Source: Octopus sinensis (Eukaryota). Taken from it: DNA of 64,000 nucleotides. Positions 50,040 to 62,443 of this stretch are shown here, one piece after another. The translations under genes were made by a program, and so were the position numbers. Under the pieces are notes generated by a model. The model worked only from the letters and a program-made list of their open reading frames with translations, was not told the DNA's origin and ran no database searches. Position 1 is the stretch's first letter. Each line of letters opens with the position of its first letter. The DNA is taken from the NCBI RefSeq assembly GCF_006345805.1, contig NC_043022.1, forward strand, positions 20,646,001-20,710,000, written 5' to 3'.

Positions 50040-50440
50040 ATTTTCATACGTATTTGATTTGATTTTCCACGTCAGTATTGGTTTTTAGGCGGTTCTTTTG
50101 TTCTCTTTACTCTGAGACTGACGTAAAATCGATAAATCGACTAAAATAGAAACTTGTTTCTTTTTAAAAAGAAAAAAGCCAAACAAAAACGGAGATTAAA
50201 TTGAGAAAGACATATCTTTAAATTATTTCAGTTGTGTTCTTGCATTCTCCGTTCTCCAGAGACATTGCAAGCAGCGCTTTTGGAAAACGGTTTATCTTGA
50301 ACAGAAATTCAAGAAAAAGAACGAATGTACAACACAGACTTTCCGTGATGTGTCTACATAAACATATATATAACATGGTTTGCGGGTTTGCGTGGGGAAA
50401 ACGCGCTCGTTCGGTTATATCGTATATAGAATAGGTAGAG
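50040..50440 (+). promoter_or_regulatory. Candidate promoter/first exon region upstream of the CAT gene
   Basis: Repeat-poor, relatively CpG-retaining stretch with CCACGTCA (50067-50074), TGACGTAA (50119-50126), Inr-like TCAGTT (50228-50233) and a possible donor near 50435. Motif evidence only. Confidence 0.25.
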
Positions 50441-53400
50441 TAAATATGTACGAATAGACAAATTTCGTTGAAGATTACCTCTGCAGAATTTTCGTAGCTT
50501 CAAATGTATATTTATCTCCATTGAAGATAACATAGCGTATGTAGATAATATATATATATAGATTTATATACATATTTACATATATATATGTAATATATGT
50601 ATAACCAAGAAAAGTACTGATCGATTACATATAGCCTTCTGGTTCGTAACCCTTATTTTTTTTATCTCTGAACTCCTTTGATTATCGTTTTATTCTGGTG
50701 GATCCCCGTAGCCATTCGATGTTTTGGCAATCTTTCGTTTCTAGTAGACCTTTCCGTCGATGTTTTAAATGTCCTATCTTTTTTTTTTATCTTTTACTTG
50801 TTTCAGTCATTGGACTGCGGCCATACTGGGACACCGTCTCCTCGAAGATCTTTTAGTCGAATGAATCGATCGACCCCAGTACTTATTTATTTACCTAAAG
50901 CCTGGCACTTATTCTATCAATCTCTTTTGCCAAACCACTAAGTTATGAGGACATAGACACTGGTTGTCAAGCGATGATGAGAGACAAGCACAGTCACACT
51001 CACGCACGCACACACACAGACACACACAGATACACAACGGGCTTCTTTCAGTTTTCGTCTACTAGAATCACTCACAAGGCTTTGCTTGACTCAAGGCAGT
51101 ATCAGAAGACACTTGCCCAAGATTCTATGGTGTGGGACTGAACTTGGAACCATATAGTTGGGAAGCAAGCTTTTTACTAGAAAATATACAAGGAGTTTTC
51201 ATCATCTGATGTATGTGACAAGTATGTACCATGAGTGCTCAGGTTTACCACTAAAACTCTGGCTTCAACCTCAAATGAAAAATGTTGCCTATCAATGGTG
51301 GCTAGAAGTGGTTTCTCCTTGAGCAGGTGGATATATCATCATCGTTTAGCATCCACTTTCCATGCTGGCATGGGTTGGACGGTGCAACTGGGGTCTGGGA
51401 AGCCAGAAGGCTGCACCAGGCCCAGTCTGATCTCGCAATGTTTCTACGGCTGGATGCCCTTCCTAATGCCAACCACTCCATGAGTGTAGTGGGTGCTTTT
51501 TTTACGTGCCAGACGAGGCTGGCAAACGGCCACGATCGGATGGTGCTTTTTACGTGCCACCGGCACGGAGGCCAATATATATATATATATATACATATAT
51601 GTATTTCTTTACTACCCACAAGGGGCTAAACACAGAGAGGACAGACAAACGAATTAAGTCGATTACATCGATCCCAGTGCGTAACTGGTACTTAATTTAT
51701 CGACCCCGAAAGGATGAAAAGCAAAGTTGACCTCAGCGGAATTTGAACTCAGAACGTAACAGCAGACGAAATACGGCTACGCATTTCGCCCAGCGTGCCA
51801 ACGATTCTGCCAGCTCACCGCCTTTTGGATATATATATATATTAAAAGAAAAAAACGTGAAAAGCAAAACATTTGGTGTGGCTGTGTGGTAAGAAGCTTG
51901 CTTCCCAACCACATGGCTCAAGATTCAGTTGCACTGCGTGGCACCTTGAACAAAGGGTCTTCAGTCGATCTCATTTACGACACATTATTTTACATTTATT
52001 ACACTATTTCTTTCATCATTTTTGTGACCAGGTCCTAAACTAGAGATTAACCATGTCTTCAACTACAGCCTCAGGCTGCTAAAAAAAACAAAAAAAACCT
52101 AAGGGAATTGCGTAGACAGAAACTGACAGAAGGCCATCGTATGTGTGTGTGTGTAGGGGGTGTCTTTATGTCTATGTTTGTCCCCACCACCACCACCACT
52201 TGACAACCGGTGTTGGTGTGTTTACGTCCCTGTAACTTGGGGGTTTGTCAAAAGAGACCAATAGAATAAGCACCTAGTTTTTAAAAAAGAATACTGGGGC
52301 TGATTCATCCAACTAAAAATTCTTCAAGGCAGTGCCCCAGCATGGCCACAGTCTAATGACTGAAACAAGTAAAAAATATATGATAAATTGAAGAAAAAAG
52401 AGAATATAAGCATATAAAATCTGTGTGTTGAGTGTGTGTTTGTATATGTGTGTGTGTAGATGTGTACATATATGTGTGTGTGTATATATATATGTGAGTG
52501 TGTATGTCATGTATGACTGTGTGATAAAAAGTTTGCTTCCCAATCACATGGTTTTAGGTTCAGTCCTACTGCATGGCATATGCTACAGCCTCGGGCCAAC
52601 CAAAGCCTTGTGATTGTGTGTGTGTTGTGTTATACCTGTTAGTTTTTGTTGTTTAACCCCAGGTCAGTAAATCTATGATCAAAGGCATTTTAGCCATTCT
52701 ATTCTTTTTATTTGTAACATAGTTTGTCTGTTATAGGTGGTGATTCGGTAAAGCTGCAAGAGCATCGGACAAAATGCCTTGTGGAATTTGTTATGGCGTT
52801 CAAATTCCACTGAGATCATCTTTGCCTCTTGTCCTTACAGAGTTAATAAAAACAGTACCAGTACAGGGCAGTAAGTAGATTAGCAGATCTCATAGGTATG
52901 AGATGTTCTGGCACAGCAGTTTTGGCACCGCCTAATTTGCCTCATTGATTCGATGATGACTTATTTGACATCCAACCATTTTTTTATGTTTGTCATTTGT
53001 TCCCTTTCTCCCTCTCTCTCTCTGTTTATGTGTGTGAGCATATTTCACTTTATGTGACTGATGAGATATAAAATGTTTAGCTCGCTCATGTTCAATTAAT
53101 TGTAATATCTTTTTCTATCTCCCTCTCTCCCCTTCTCTTCCTCCTTTACCTGCTCCCTTTCTCTCCCTCCTTTCTCCCCCTCTCCTTTCTCTCTTCTCTC
53201 CCACCCTCTCTTTCCCCTTCTCTTCTTCCCTGTCTCTATGTTTGTGTGTTAGCATCTAGTTATGTTTGTACATAATCTCTCTCTCTCTCTCTCTTCCTCT
53301 CCCCTCCCTCTTTGTATGTGTATATTTCAGTGCCTGCATACATCTGTGCATGTGTGTGCATGTGTGTATGCATGTTTCCCGCCAGTGCCGAAAAGTACTA

Positions 53401-54274
53401 TCACCAAGACAGGCTGAATGTCCAGTCAGCCATGCCAAATCAACAGCACCCAAACAGCTGTGCCCAACTGTCTCATTCTGAGATCCCATCTGAAGTGATG
53501 CTGAAACTATATATATATAATATATATATATATATATAGACATCCTTGACTGCATTGTCCAAGAAAAGACCACCCTTCTGACTGACATGAAGTCCTCATC
53601 AATTCATTTCAGCTCTTGCTTTACAGACATGCTGTGTCCTCTCACTGCCTTTCCTACTGCAACTATAATGGCCTCTGCTCCTCACAGCTGGTTGATCTTT
53701 TATCACTTCTACCCAAGCACTCCCAAATCACTCATTTCTCTCCTCTTCTTATCGGCCTAATTTATTGACCCAGCACACCACACTACCAGGCCATAAAAAA
53801 AACACCACCATGTTTATTCCTTCTGGTTTAAAATAGCCAATCTTTATTTCTTTTAAGACTAGTACTTATTCTGTTGCTGTCTTTTGCCAAACTGATGAGT
53901 TATGGGGATGTTAACAAACAAACAAACACACACCATGCAAACACACAAACACAAACACACACAAACACACTCACAAACACAAGCACAAACACACACACAC
54001 ACAAACACACCACACAAGCACAAACACACACACAAGCACAAACACACACAAGCACAAACACACACACACAAACACACATACACACAAGCACAAACACACA
54101 CACACAAGCACAAACACACACTCACTCACAAACACACACACAAGCACAAACACACACACACACAAACACACACACACAAGCACAAACACACACACAAGCA
54201 CAAACACACACACACACAACACACACACAAGCACAAACACACACACACAAACACACTCACAAACACATACACAA

Positions 54275-54305
<31 letters not shown>

Positions 54306-54656
54306 ATCACAAACACACACAATCACAAACACACACGATCACAAACACACACACACACACACACTCACAAACACATGACAGTCTTCTTTCTGTTTCTGTC
54401 AATCAAATCCACTCACAAGGCTTTGGTTAGCCCAAGGCGATAGCAGACACTTGCCTAAGGTGTCATGCAGTAAGACTGAACCCAGAACCCTGTGGTTGAG
54501 AAGCAAGCTTCTTATTGCACACAGCCACACCTGCTTGGTTTTACTAGATTTTTTTTTTCTTTTGTCCTTTTTTAAATGTTTATTTTCCTGTATGTTGTAA
54601 TTGTTGTTCTTGATGATGTTATTATCATTAACAGGTTGAAGTTCCAAGTTCTAACC

Positions 54657-54774
54657 ATGGCCATTTTAATGAGAATTTTAATGAATCTATTTCGAAAGAA
54701 AGCAATGAGCAATGAGGGTATGGAGAAAACTAAGTTGGCCAGAGTACTCACTTTGCTTGACCTGACACTCTTGG
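54657..54774 (+). CDS. SLC7 cationic amino acid transporter (CAT/SLC7A1-4-like), coding exon 1
   Basis: Acceptor acag|54635 and accATGg start. MAILMRILMNLFRKKAMSNEGMEKTKLARVLTLLDLTLLG. Donor gtgagt, phase 1. Confidence 0.92.
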
Positions 54775-54804
54775 GTGAGTTTTAAACAATTGTTATTTGC
54801 ACAC

Positions 54805-54835
<31 letters not shown>

Positions 54836-54849
54836 TGTACATACACTCT

Positions 54850-55115
54850 CTATCCGCTCAGTCGAAGTCGACTCTCGGTCACTCATTGGATCAGTGTCCT
54901 CCAATCAGTTCTATCCTGGGCCGCTTCTTACAGATTGGCTATGTCCATTCCGGTATCACTCTTGATGGTGTCAAGCCAGCGGGTTCTTGGTCGGCCTTTT
55001 CCTCTCTTGCCACTGACCATTCCGAGCATGATGTCCTTCTCCAGGGATTTTCTCCGCATAATATGACCGCAATATGCCAATCTATGTTTGGTGATCCTAG
55101 CTTCTAGCGACATTT
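54850..55115 (-). mobile_element. RTE LINE 3' fragment in intron
   Basis: RLAYCGHIMRRKSLEKDIMLGMVSGKRGKGRPRTRWLD is a typical RTE/BovB C-terminus. Confidence 0.8.
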
Positions 55116-55239
55116 TCAGCCTTATCTGCTTATCATGCACACATACTTGCACACACGTACACATACACACACATATTTACACATGCACACTTACACACAC
55201 ACTTGCGTACACGTACACACACACTTGCATACACACACA

Positions 55240-55592
55240 TACTCTTTTACTTGTTTCAGTCATTTGACTGCGGTCATGCTGGAGCACCACCTTTATTCGA
55301 GCAAATCGACCCCAGGACTTATTCTTTGTAAGCCTAGTACTTATTCTATCGGTCTATTTTGCCGAACCACTAAGTTACAGGGATGTAAACACATCACCAT
55401 CGGTTGTCAAGCAATGTTGGGAGGACAAACATATACACACACGGGCTTCTTTCAGTTTCCATGTACCAAATCCACTCACAAGGCTTTGGTCGGCCCAAGG
55501 TTATAGTAGAAGACACTTTTCCAAGGTGCCACACAGTGCGAATGAACCCAGAACCATGTGGTTGGTAAGCAAGCTACTTACCACACAGCCAC
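55240..55592 (-). mobile_element. SINE family A
   Basis: Collinear with the other copies. Additional degenerate copies at 46883-47154, 50790-51175, 51875-52372 and 58405-58545. Confidence 0.8.
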
Positions 55593-56029
55593 AACTCTTT
55601 CTACTAAAAGCACAAGACCTGAAATTTTGTGAGTGGGGACTAATCAGTCACATTGCCACCACCCCCCATATGCAACTGGTACTTAATTTATTGACTCCAA
55701 AACAATAAAAGGCAAAGTCGACTTTGGCAGAATTTGAACTCAGAATAGGAATAAAAATGAAATGCCACTAAGTATTTTTGCCTGGTGTGCTAACAATCCT
55801 GACAGCTCACAGCCTTCTTTCTTTTTTTCCCTCTCTCTATTTCGGAGAGGCACAAGCACCTACACGCACATATACACACACGGCAGTAACTTCCGCCTGC
55901 CGAATTCAATCACAAAGCTTTGGTCGGCTCGGGGCTATAGTGGAAGACACCTACCCAAAGTGCCACGCAGTGGGACTGAACCCGAAACCATGTAGCTAGG
56001 AAGCAAGCTCCCTAACCACACAGCCATCG

Positions 56030-56605
56030 ATTCGTTGCCAGTGCTGCTGGACTGGCTCCTGTGCAGGTGGCATGTAAAAAGCACCATTTGAGCGTGGTCG
56101 TTGCCAGTACCACCTGACCAGCCCTCGTGCTGGTGGCACGTAAAAGCACCCACTACACTCTCGGAGTGGTTGGCGTTAGGAAGGGCATCCAGCTGTAGAA
56201 ACTCTGCCAGATCAAGATTGGAGCCTGGTGCAGCCATCTGGTTCACCAGCCCTCAGTCAAATCGTCCAACCCATTCTACGGCATGTAAAAGCACCCACTA
56301 CACTCTCGGAGTGGTTGGCGTTAGGAAGGGCATCCAGCTGTAGAAACTCTGCCAGATCAAGATTGGAGCCTGGTGCAGCCATCTGGTTCACCAGCCCTCA
56401 GTCAAATCGTCCAACCCATTCTACGGCATGTAAAAGCACCCACTACACTCTCGGAGTGGTTGGCGTTAGGAAGGGCATCCAGCTGTAGAAACTCTGCCAG
56501 ATCAGATTGGAACCTGGTGCAGCCGTCTGGTTTGCCAGTCCTCAGTCAAATCATCCAACCCATGCTAGCATGGAAAGCAAATGTTAAACGATGATGATGA
56601 TGATG
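56030..56605 (+). mobile_element. SINE family C with internal 145-bp tandem triplication
   Basis: AAAAGCACCCACTACACTCTCGGAGTGGTTGGCGTTAGGAAGGGCATCCAGCTGTAGAAA occurs three times, followed by a (GAT)n tail. Other copies at 51335-51570, 58830-59625, 60320-60600, 61788-61940 and 63170-63360. Confidence 0.8.
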
Positions 56606-56626
56606 AATTCTCTTTTATTATTTCAG

Positions 56627-56746
56627 GTGTTGGAAGTACCCTTGGTGCAGGGGCCTACGTTTTGTCTGGAGCAGTTGCTCGTGACAAAGCTGGACCTGCA
56701 ATTGTTTTATCATTCTTTGTTGCTGCAGTCGTGTCTGTTCTTGCTG
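56627..56746 (+). CDS. CAT/SLC7 coding exon 2
   Basis: tttcag| (G)[39 protein letters not shown](G) |gtaagt. Contains the TM1 GSTLGAG motif. 120 bp, phase 1-1. Confidence 0.95.
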
Positions 56747-56849
56747 GTAAGTACACTGTATTGTTCTTGTTGCTGTTGTTGTTGTGGTGGTGTTGGTGGT
56801 GATTTCATCACCAACATCACTTTGTGGTTACTTTCTTTTGAATGGTAGA

Positions 56850-57355
56850 AAGAGAGTCTGCCAAATGTCAACCCAACAGAGGGACCAGCTATCTGAGTTG
56901 ACAGTACCTTGGTAGATAAAGCAATTAAAAGAATGAAGACAGGGAAAGCCCCCCCACCGGCCTATCAGGAATGACTGCAGAGATACTCAAAATATCTGGC
57001 AGTGTCAGCTATAGCCTAGTCACCCATATAGTTAACCAAGTGATACACGAAGGAGTCATACCCAATGACTGGTGTAGCAGCCTAATAGTCAACTGCTACA
57101 AAGGTTCAGGTGATGCTTTAGATACAAATAATTACAGAGGTGACAAGCTGTTGGATCAGGTAATAAAGGTCACGGAGAGGGTCATAGCCCAACTAATTAG
57201 GGAGAGAGTCAGTTTGGATGAGATGCAGTTTGGTTTCGTGCCAGGGAAAAGCACCACTGTTGCTATATTCCTGGTAAGACAGTTGCAGGAGAAATACCTA
57301 GCCAAAGATAACCCCCTGTACCTGGCTTTCATTGACATGGAGAAAGCATATTGAC
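56850..57355 (+). mobile_element. LINE (RTE-like) reverse transcriptase fragment in intron
   Basis: IPNDW..NYRG..MQFGFVPGKSTTVAIFLVRQLQEKY..LYLAFIDMEKAY. Confidence 0.88.
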
Positions 57356-57669
57356 ATAGGAAAATTTTTTTTCTTTTGCCCTTATTTATAATTGTTTATA
57401 TTTTCTCCTTGAAAGGTATTTTGAGATGCTCTGTATTTCTTTCAATTACTTTAAATATAACAAAGACTTTAGTAAAATAACTTAGTTATCATTAAGCTAG
57501 TGCTAGGAACATAAATTGTGACTAAGGTTTGGTGGAAGATTTTAATTCAAAACTTATGAAAACAAGACATATGTAGCCAGAGCCAGTTTCAGCCAGGTTG
57601 GTAACAAAAGGGTTAATATGCTGGACACTGATAGAACTTTTTATGAAAAAGTTTATACTTATATTAGAA

Positions 57670-57726
<57 letters not shown>

Positions 57727-58018
57727 CGTCACCGACCATGCTATCAAATGTTGCTACACATCGCTGGTCACAATGCGCTTCGCATTGTTTTAGCCTTCAA
57801 ATGACACCACCCTGCTGGCTAAGTGAGCAGGCCAACAGAAGAAAGAGTGAGAGAAAGTTGTGGCGAAAGAGTACAGCAGGGATCACCACCACCCCCTGCC
57901 AGAGCTTCATGGAGCTTTAGTTGTTTTTGCTCAATAAACACAACGCCCGGTCTGGGAATTGAAACCGTAAACCTACGACCACGAGTCTGCTGCCCTAACC
58001 ACTGGGGCATTGCGCCTC

Positions 58019-58082
<64 letters not shown>

Positions 58083-58207
58083 GAAACCTTTAAAGATCTG
58101 TTTACTTATTTATGTATGCTTGTGTCAATTTCTATGTATAAGGCAAAATGTTTGCCTTTTTCTATATGCTTCAAAATCAAAAACGATTTTCTTTTCTATT
58201 TTTTCAG

Positions 58208-58336
58208 GGCTTTGTTATGCTGAATTTGGGGCCCGTGTACCAAAGACTGGCTCTGCCTATGTCTATAGCTACATCACAGTTGGTGAACTGATTGCTTTTA
58301 TCATTGGGTGGAACCTCATCCTGGAATATGCCATTG
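58208..58336 (+). CDS. CAT/SLC7 coding exon 3
   Basis: ttttcag| (G)[42 protein letters not shown](G) |gtgagt. Hallmark CAT motif. 129 bp. Confidence 0.97.
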
Positions 58337-59196
58337 GTGAGTTGTCTGTTATATAATTTGATGGGTTTGGCACTGTTTGTTCAAAAGGGGGTGATTTGAA
58401 ATTCGTAACTTAGCAGTTCGGCAAAAGAGATCGATAGAATAAGTACTAGGCTTACAAAGAATAAGTCCTGGGGTCGATTTGCTCGACTAAAGGCGGTGCT
58501 CCAGCATGGCCGCAGTCAAATGACTGAAACGAGTAAAAGAGTAAAATAATAAAATATACTCTTTCTCAGATATTTTAGTGACACAACATAATTATGCCAT
58601 CAGTTTTTCAAAAAAAGTCAGATGTTGTACAATATATGTCAATTCTTTTATTTATATTATCCGATATTGCTAAAATAATACTGGTATTTGAGTACTATTT
58701 TCTCTACCTTGTTTTGAACATAGGTATTTACAAGAGTACATGCATATACTTCAAAGAAAGGATTAACAACCCACAAGTTGAAATCAAACTCGGTAACTGG
58801 CATCCATTGCTTGTGGAGCGCTAAAAGTACCATACAAGTGAGATCGTTGCCAGCGCAACAATCTGGCCTTCGTGCCGATGGCACGTTAAACACACCATTT
58901 GAGCGTGATCGTTACCGTGTCGCCTTACTAGCACTTGTGCTGGTGGCATGTGAAACATTCAAGCGAGGTCGTCACCGGTGCCGCTGGACTGACTCCTGTG
59001 CAGGTGGCACATAAAAAGCACCATTTGGGCATGGCTGTTGCCAGTACCACCAAACTGGCCCTCGTGCTGGTGGCACATAAAAGCACCCACTACACTCTCG
59101 GAGTGGTTGGCATTAGGAAGGGCATCCAGCTGCCAGATGAGATTGGAGTCTGGTTCACCAGACCTCAGTTAAATCGTCCAACCCATGCTAGCATGG

Positions 59197-59584
59197 TATG
59201 GAAGCACTCCGTCAGTTACGATGATGAGGGTTCCGGTTGATCCGAATCAACGGAACAGCCTGCTTGTGAAATTAACGTGTAAGTGACTGAGCACTCCACA
59301 GACATGTGTACCCTTAACGTAGTTCTCGGGGATATTCAGCGTGACACAGAGAGTGACAAGTCCGGCCCATTGAAATACAGGTACAACAGAAACAGGAAGT
59401 AAGAGTGAGAGAAAGTTGTGGTGAAAGAGTACAGCAGGGATCACCACCATCCCCTTCCGGAGCCTCGTGGAGCTTTAGGTGTTTTCGCTCAATAAACACT
59501 CACAACGCCTGGTCTGGAAATCGAAACCGCGATCCTACAACCGCGAGTCCGCTGCCCTAACCACTGGGCCATTGCGCCTCCACT
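59197..59584 (-). mobile_element. SINE family D inserted into a family C SINE, 12-bp TSD
   Basis: ATGCTAGCATGG at 59185-59196 and 59585-59596. tRNA-like head GTGGAGGCGCAATGGCCCAGTGGTTAGGG on the minus strand. Confidence 0.85.
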
Positions 59585-59710
59585 ATGCTAGCATGGAAAG
59601 CAGACGTTAAATGATGATGATGATGATTAATTAAATTGACTTTTTCTTATCCTTGTTTTATTCAATGTAGCTGCCTTATTAACTATGTGTTTGTTTATTT
59701 TTCACTTCAG

Positions 59711-59866
59711 GTACGGCTAGTGTGGCCAGAGCTTGGACAGCAAACTTCAATTCCCTCATTGATAATGCAGTCATTGATTTCTTCAACTCAACAATGCCAA
59801 TACGAGTCGATTATTTATCGGAATATCCGGACTTCCTGGCATTCGGTCTTGTAGCTTTGTTGACAA
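59711..59866 (+). CDS. CAT/SLC7 coding exon 4
   Basis: ttcag| (G)TASVARAWTANFNSLIDNAVIDFFNSTMPIRVDYLSEYPDFLAFGLVALLT |gtaagt. 156 bp. Confidence 0.95.
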
Positions 59867-60288
59867 GTAAGTACAACTGTCTTCCTGTCTCTCATGCTCT
59901 CTCTATTTATCTACCTTCCAATCTATCTACCTATCTGTCTCCCTGTCACCCTACCTATTTAGCCATCTGTCTGTCTAGCCATCTGTCTGTCTACCTATCT
60001 GTCTGTCTGTCTGTCTATCTGCCTGTCTGTCTGTCTATCTGTTTATCTACCTGTTTATCTATCTACCTGTTTATCTATCTACCTGTTTGTCTATCTATCT
60101 GTCTGTCTGTCTATCTATCTACCTGTCTGTCTGTCTGTCTATCTACCTGTCTGTCTGTCTATCTACCTGTCTGTCTGTCTAACTACCTGTCTGTCTACCT
60201 ACCTACCTACCTGTCTGTCTACCTACCTACCTGTCTGTCTGTCTACCTACCTGTCTGTCTATCTGTCTGTCTATCTACCTATCTATTT

Positions 60289-60320
<32 letters not shown>

Positions 60321-62303
60321 CATCATCATCATCGTTTAACGTCCGTTTTCCACGCTAGCACGGGTTGGACGGTTCGACCGGGGTCTGGGGAGCCACGGGC
60401 TGCCCCAGGCTCCAGTCTGATCTGGCAGTGTTTCTACAGCTGGATGCCCTTCCTAATGGCAACCACTCCGCGAGTGTAGTGGGTGCTTTTTACGTGCCAC
60501 CTGCACAGGTGCCAGAGGGGTCTGGCATCGGCCACATTCGGATGGTGCTTTTTATGTGCCACCGGGACAGGAGCCAGTCGGGGCGGTGCTGGCATCGGCC
60601 ATCTGTCTGTCTATCTATCTACCTGTCTGTCTGCCTATCTACCTGTCTATCTGTCTGCCTGTCTATCTACCTGTCTGTCTACCTGCCTGCTTGTCCAGAT
60701 AGATAAATGGACAGACAGACAGATGTCCTCTCACTTCTCCGCTCTCTCTGTCCGTCTCTCCTCTATCAGTAGCAATCTCAAAAAAAGAAAACAGCAGTTT
60801 TTCAGAAACTCACACAGGGTTATCATTCATGCGCAATAGTGCATAGCTCATTAATCATGTTTTACACACATGACTAAGAACTAACATGGAGGAAATAATT
60901 GTCTAGAATTTTCCAGTCAGATTTTAAACAAAATAGAACCACTACTAGAAAAATACCATCAGTAACAATATGGATCAATGAATGCCACTTGAGGAAACGG
61001 TAATCTGTATCTTGTATTTGTTTTAGTCATTGGACCACGGCCATTCTGGGGCAATTCCTGAAGAATTTTAGTCAAATGAATCAACCGTAGATTATTTATT
61101 CTGTGAGGTCTCTTTTGTCAAACTGCTAAGTTATGGGAAATTAAATACGCCAGCACTGGTTATGAAGTGTTGGTGGGGGACAAGCACACACACACATGCA
61201 CACACACAGTCAGTCACTTACTCACATGCATGTACACACACATATACATACACATACTCACTCACATGTGCATGCACACCCATGCACACACACGCTTGCT
61301 CATATGCATGCACAGACCATACACACCACACACATGCATGCACACACACACTTTCTCACTCATGCATGCACACACTTGTTCACTTGCATGCACAGACCAC
61401 ATGCATGCATGCACACACACTCTTTCACATGCATATTAACATACACGCACTTGCATGCACAGACCACACTCACTCACACATACACACACACTTGTTCACT
61501 CACATGCATGCACAGACCACACACACACTCACTCACTCATTCACATGTATATAAACACATACACACACACACACATGCATGCCGGCAGATACACACTTAT
61601 ACACAGCAACATATACATCTCGCTTTTTACAGTTCTATATTTAAGAGACGAGGAATTTTGTACATTATTTACATTATTTACATATGCCCACAAGCATATG
61701 GCATAGTGGTTAAAAGCTCTGACTACTAGCCCCAAGATTCCGAGTTCGATTCCAAGCAGTGACCTGAACACTAATAATAATAATAATAGTGGTTGGCGTT
61801 AGGAAGGGCATCCAGCTGTAGAAACACTGCCAGATCAGACTGGAGCCTGGCGCAGCCTCCTGGCTTCCCAGACCCCAGTCAAACCGTCCAACCCATGCTA
61901 GCATGGAAAACGGACGTTAAATAATGATGATGATGATGATGAATAATATAAAAAATACCTTAGGAATTAGAACCCAGGTTAGAAATTTTCGCAAGACACC
62001 TGAAGAAGGTTGGAGGGTATATCGGCTGAAACAAGTAGTAGTAGTGATGATGGATGTGGTGGTGGTGGAAGTGATAGTCGTGGTGGTGGTGTTGGAGTCG
62101 GTTGTGGTGGTAGTAGTAGTGGTGTTGCAGTTGGTTGTCAGCTATAGCCTAGTCACCTATCTGATCTGGCAGTGTTTCTACAGCTGGATGCCCTTCCTAA
62201 CACCAACCAGAGTGTAGTGGGTGCTTGTACAACCAACTGCAAGATGAGGTCAAATATCCGTCAAATGTAAATAATGTATCTCTCTTTTTGTTGTTATTTC
62301 CAG

Positions 62304-62443
62304 TCTTGCTGACGGTTGGTGTGAAGCAGTCAACTTTGTTCAACAATGTCTTCACAATAATAAACCTCCTCGTGCTTCTCTACGTCATTATTTGTGGATT
62401 CTTCCAGATGAAACTGAAAAACTGGCAACTCACTCCAGACGAG
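62304..62443 (+). CDS. CAT/SLC7 coding exon 5 (gene continues beyond the window)
   Basis: ttccag| (I)LLTVGVKQSTLFNNVFTIINLLVLLYVIICGFFQMKLKNWQLTPDE |gtacag. Frame is consistent with exon 4. Confidence 0.93.

Noticed and set aside
57365-57616. piggyBac-like MITE end (GGG|TTAA)
   Set aside because: Only one end is visible, with no matching TIR or TSD.
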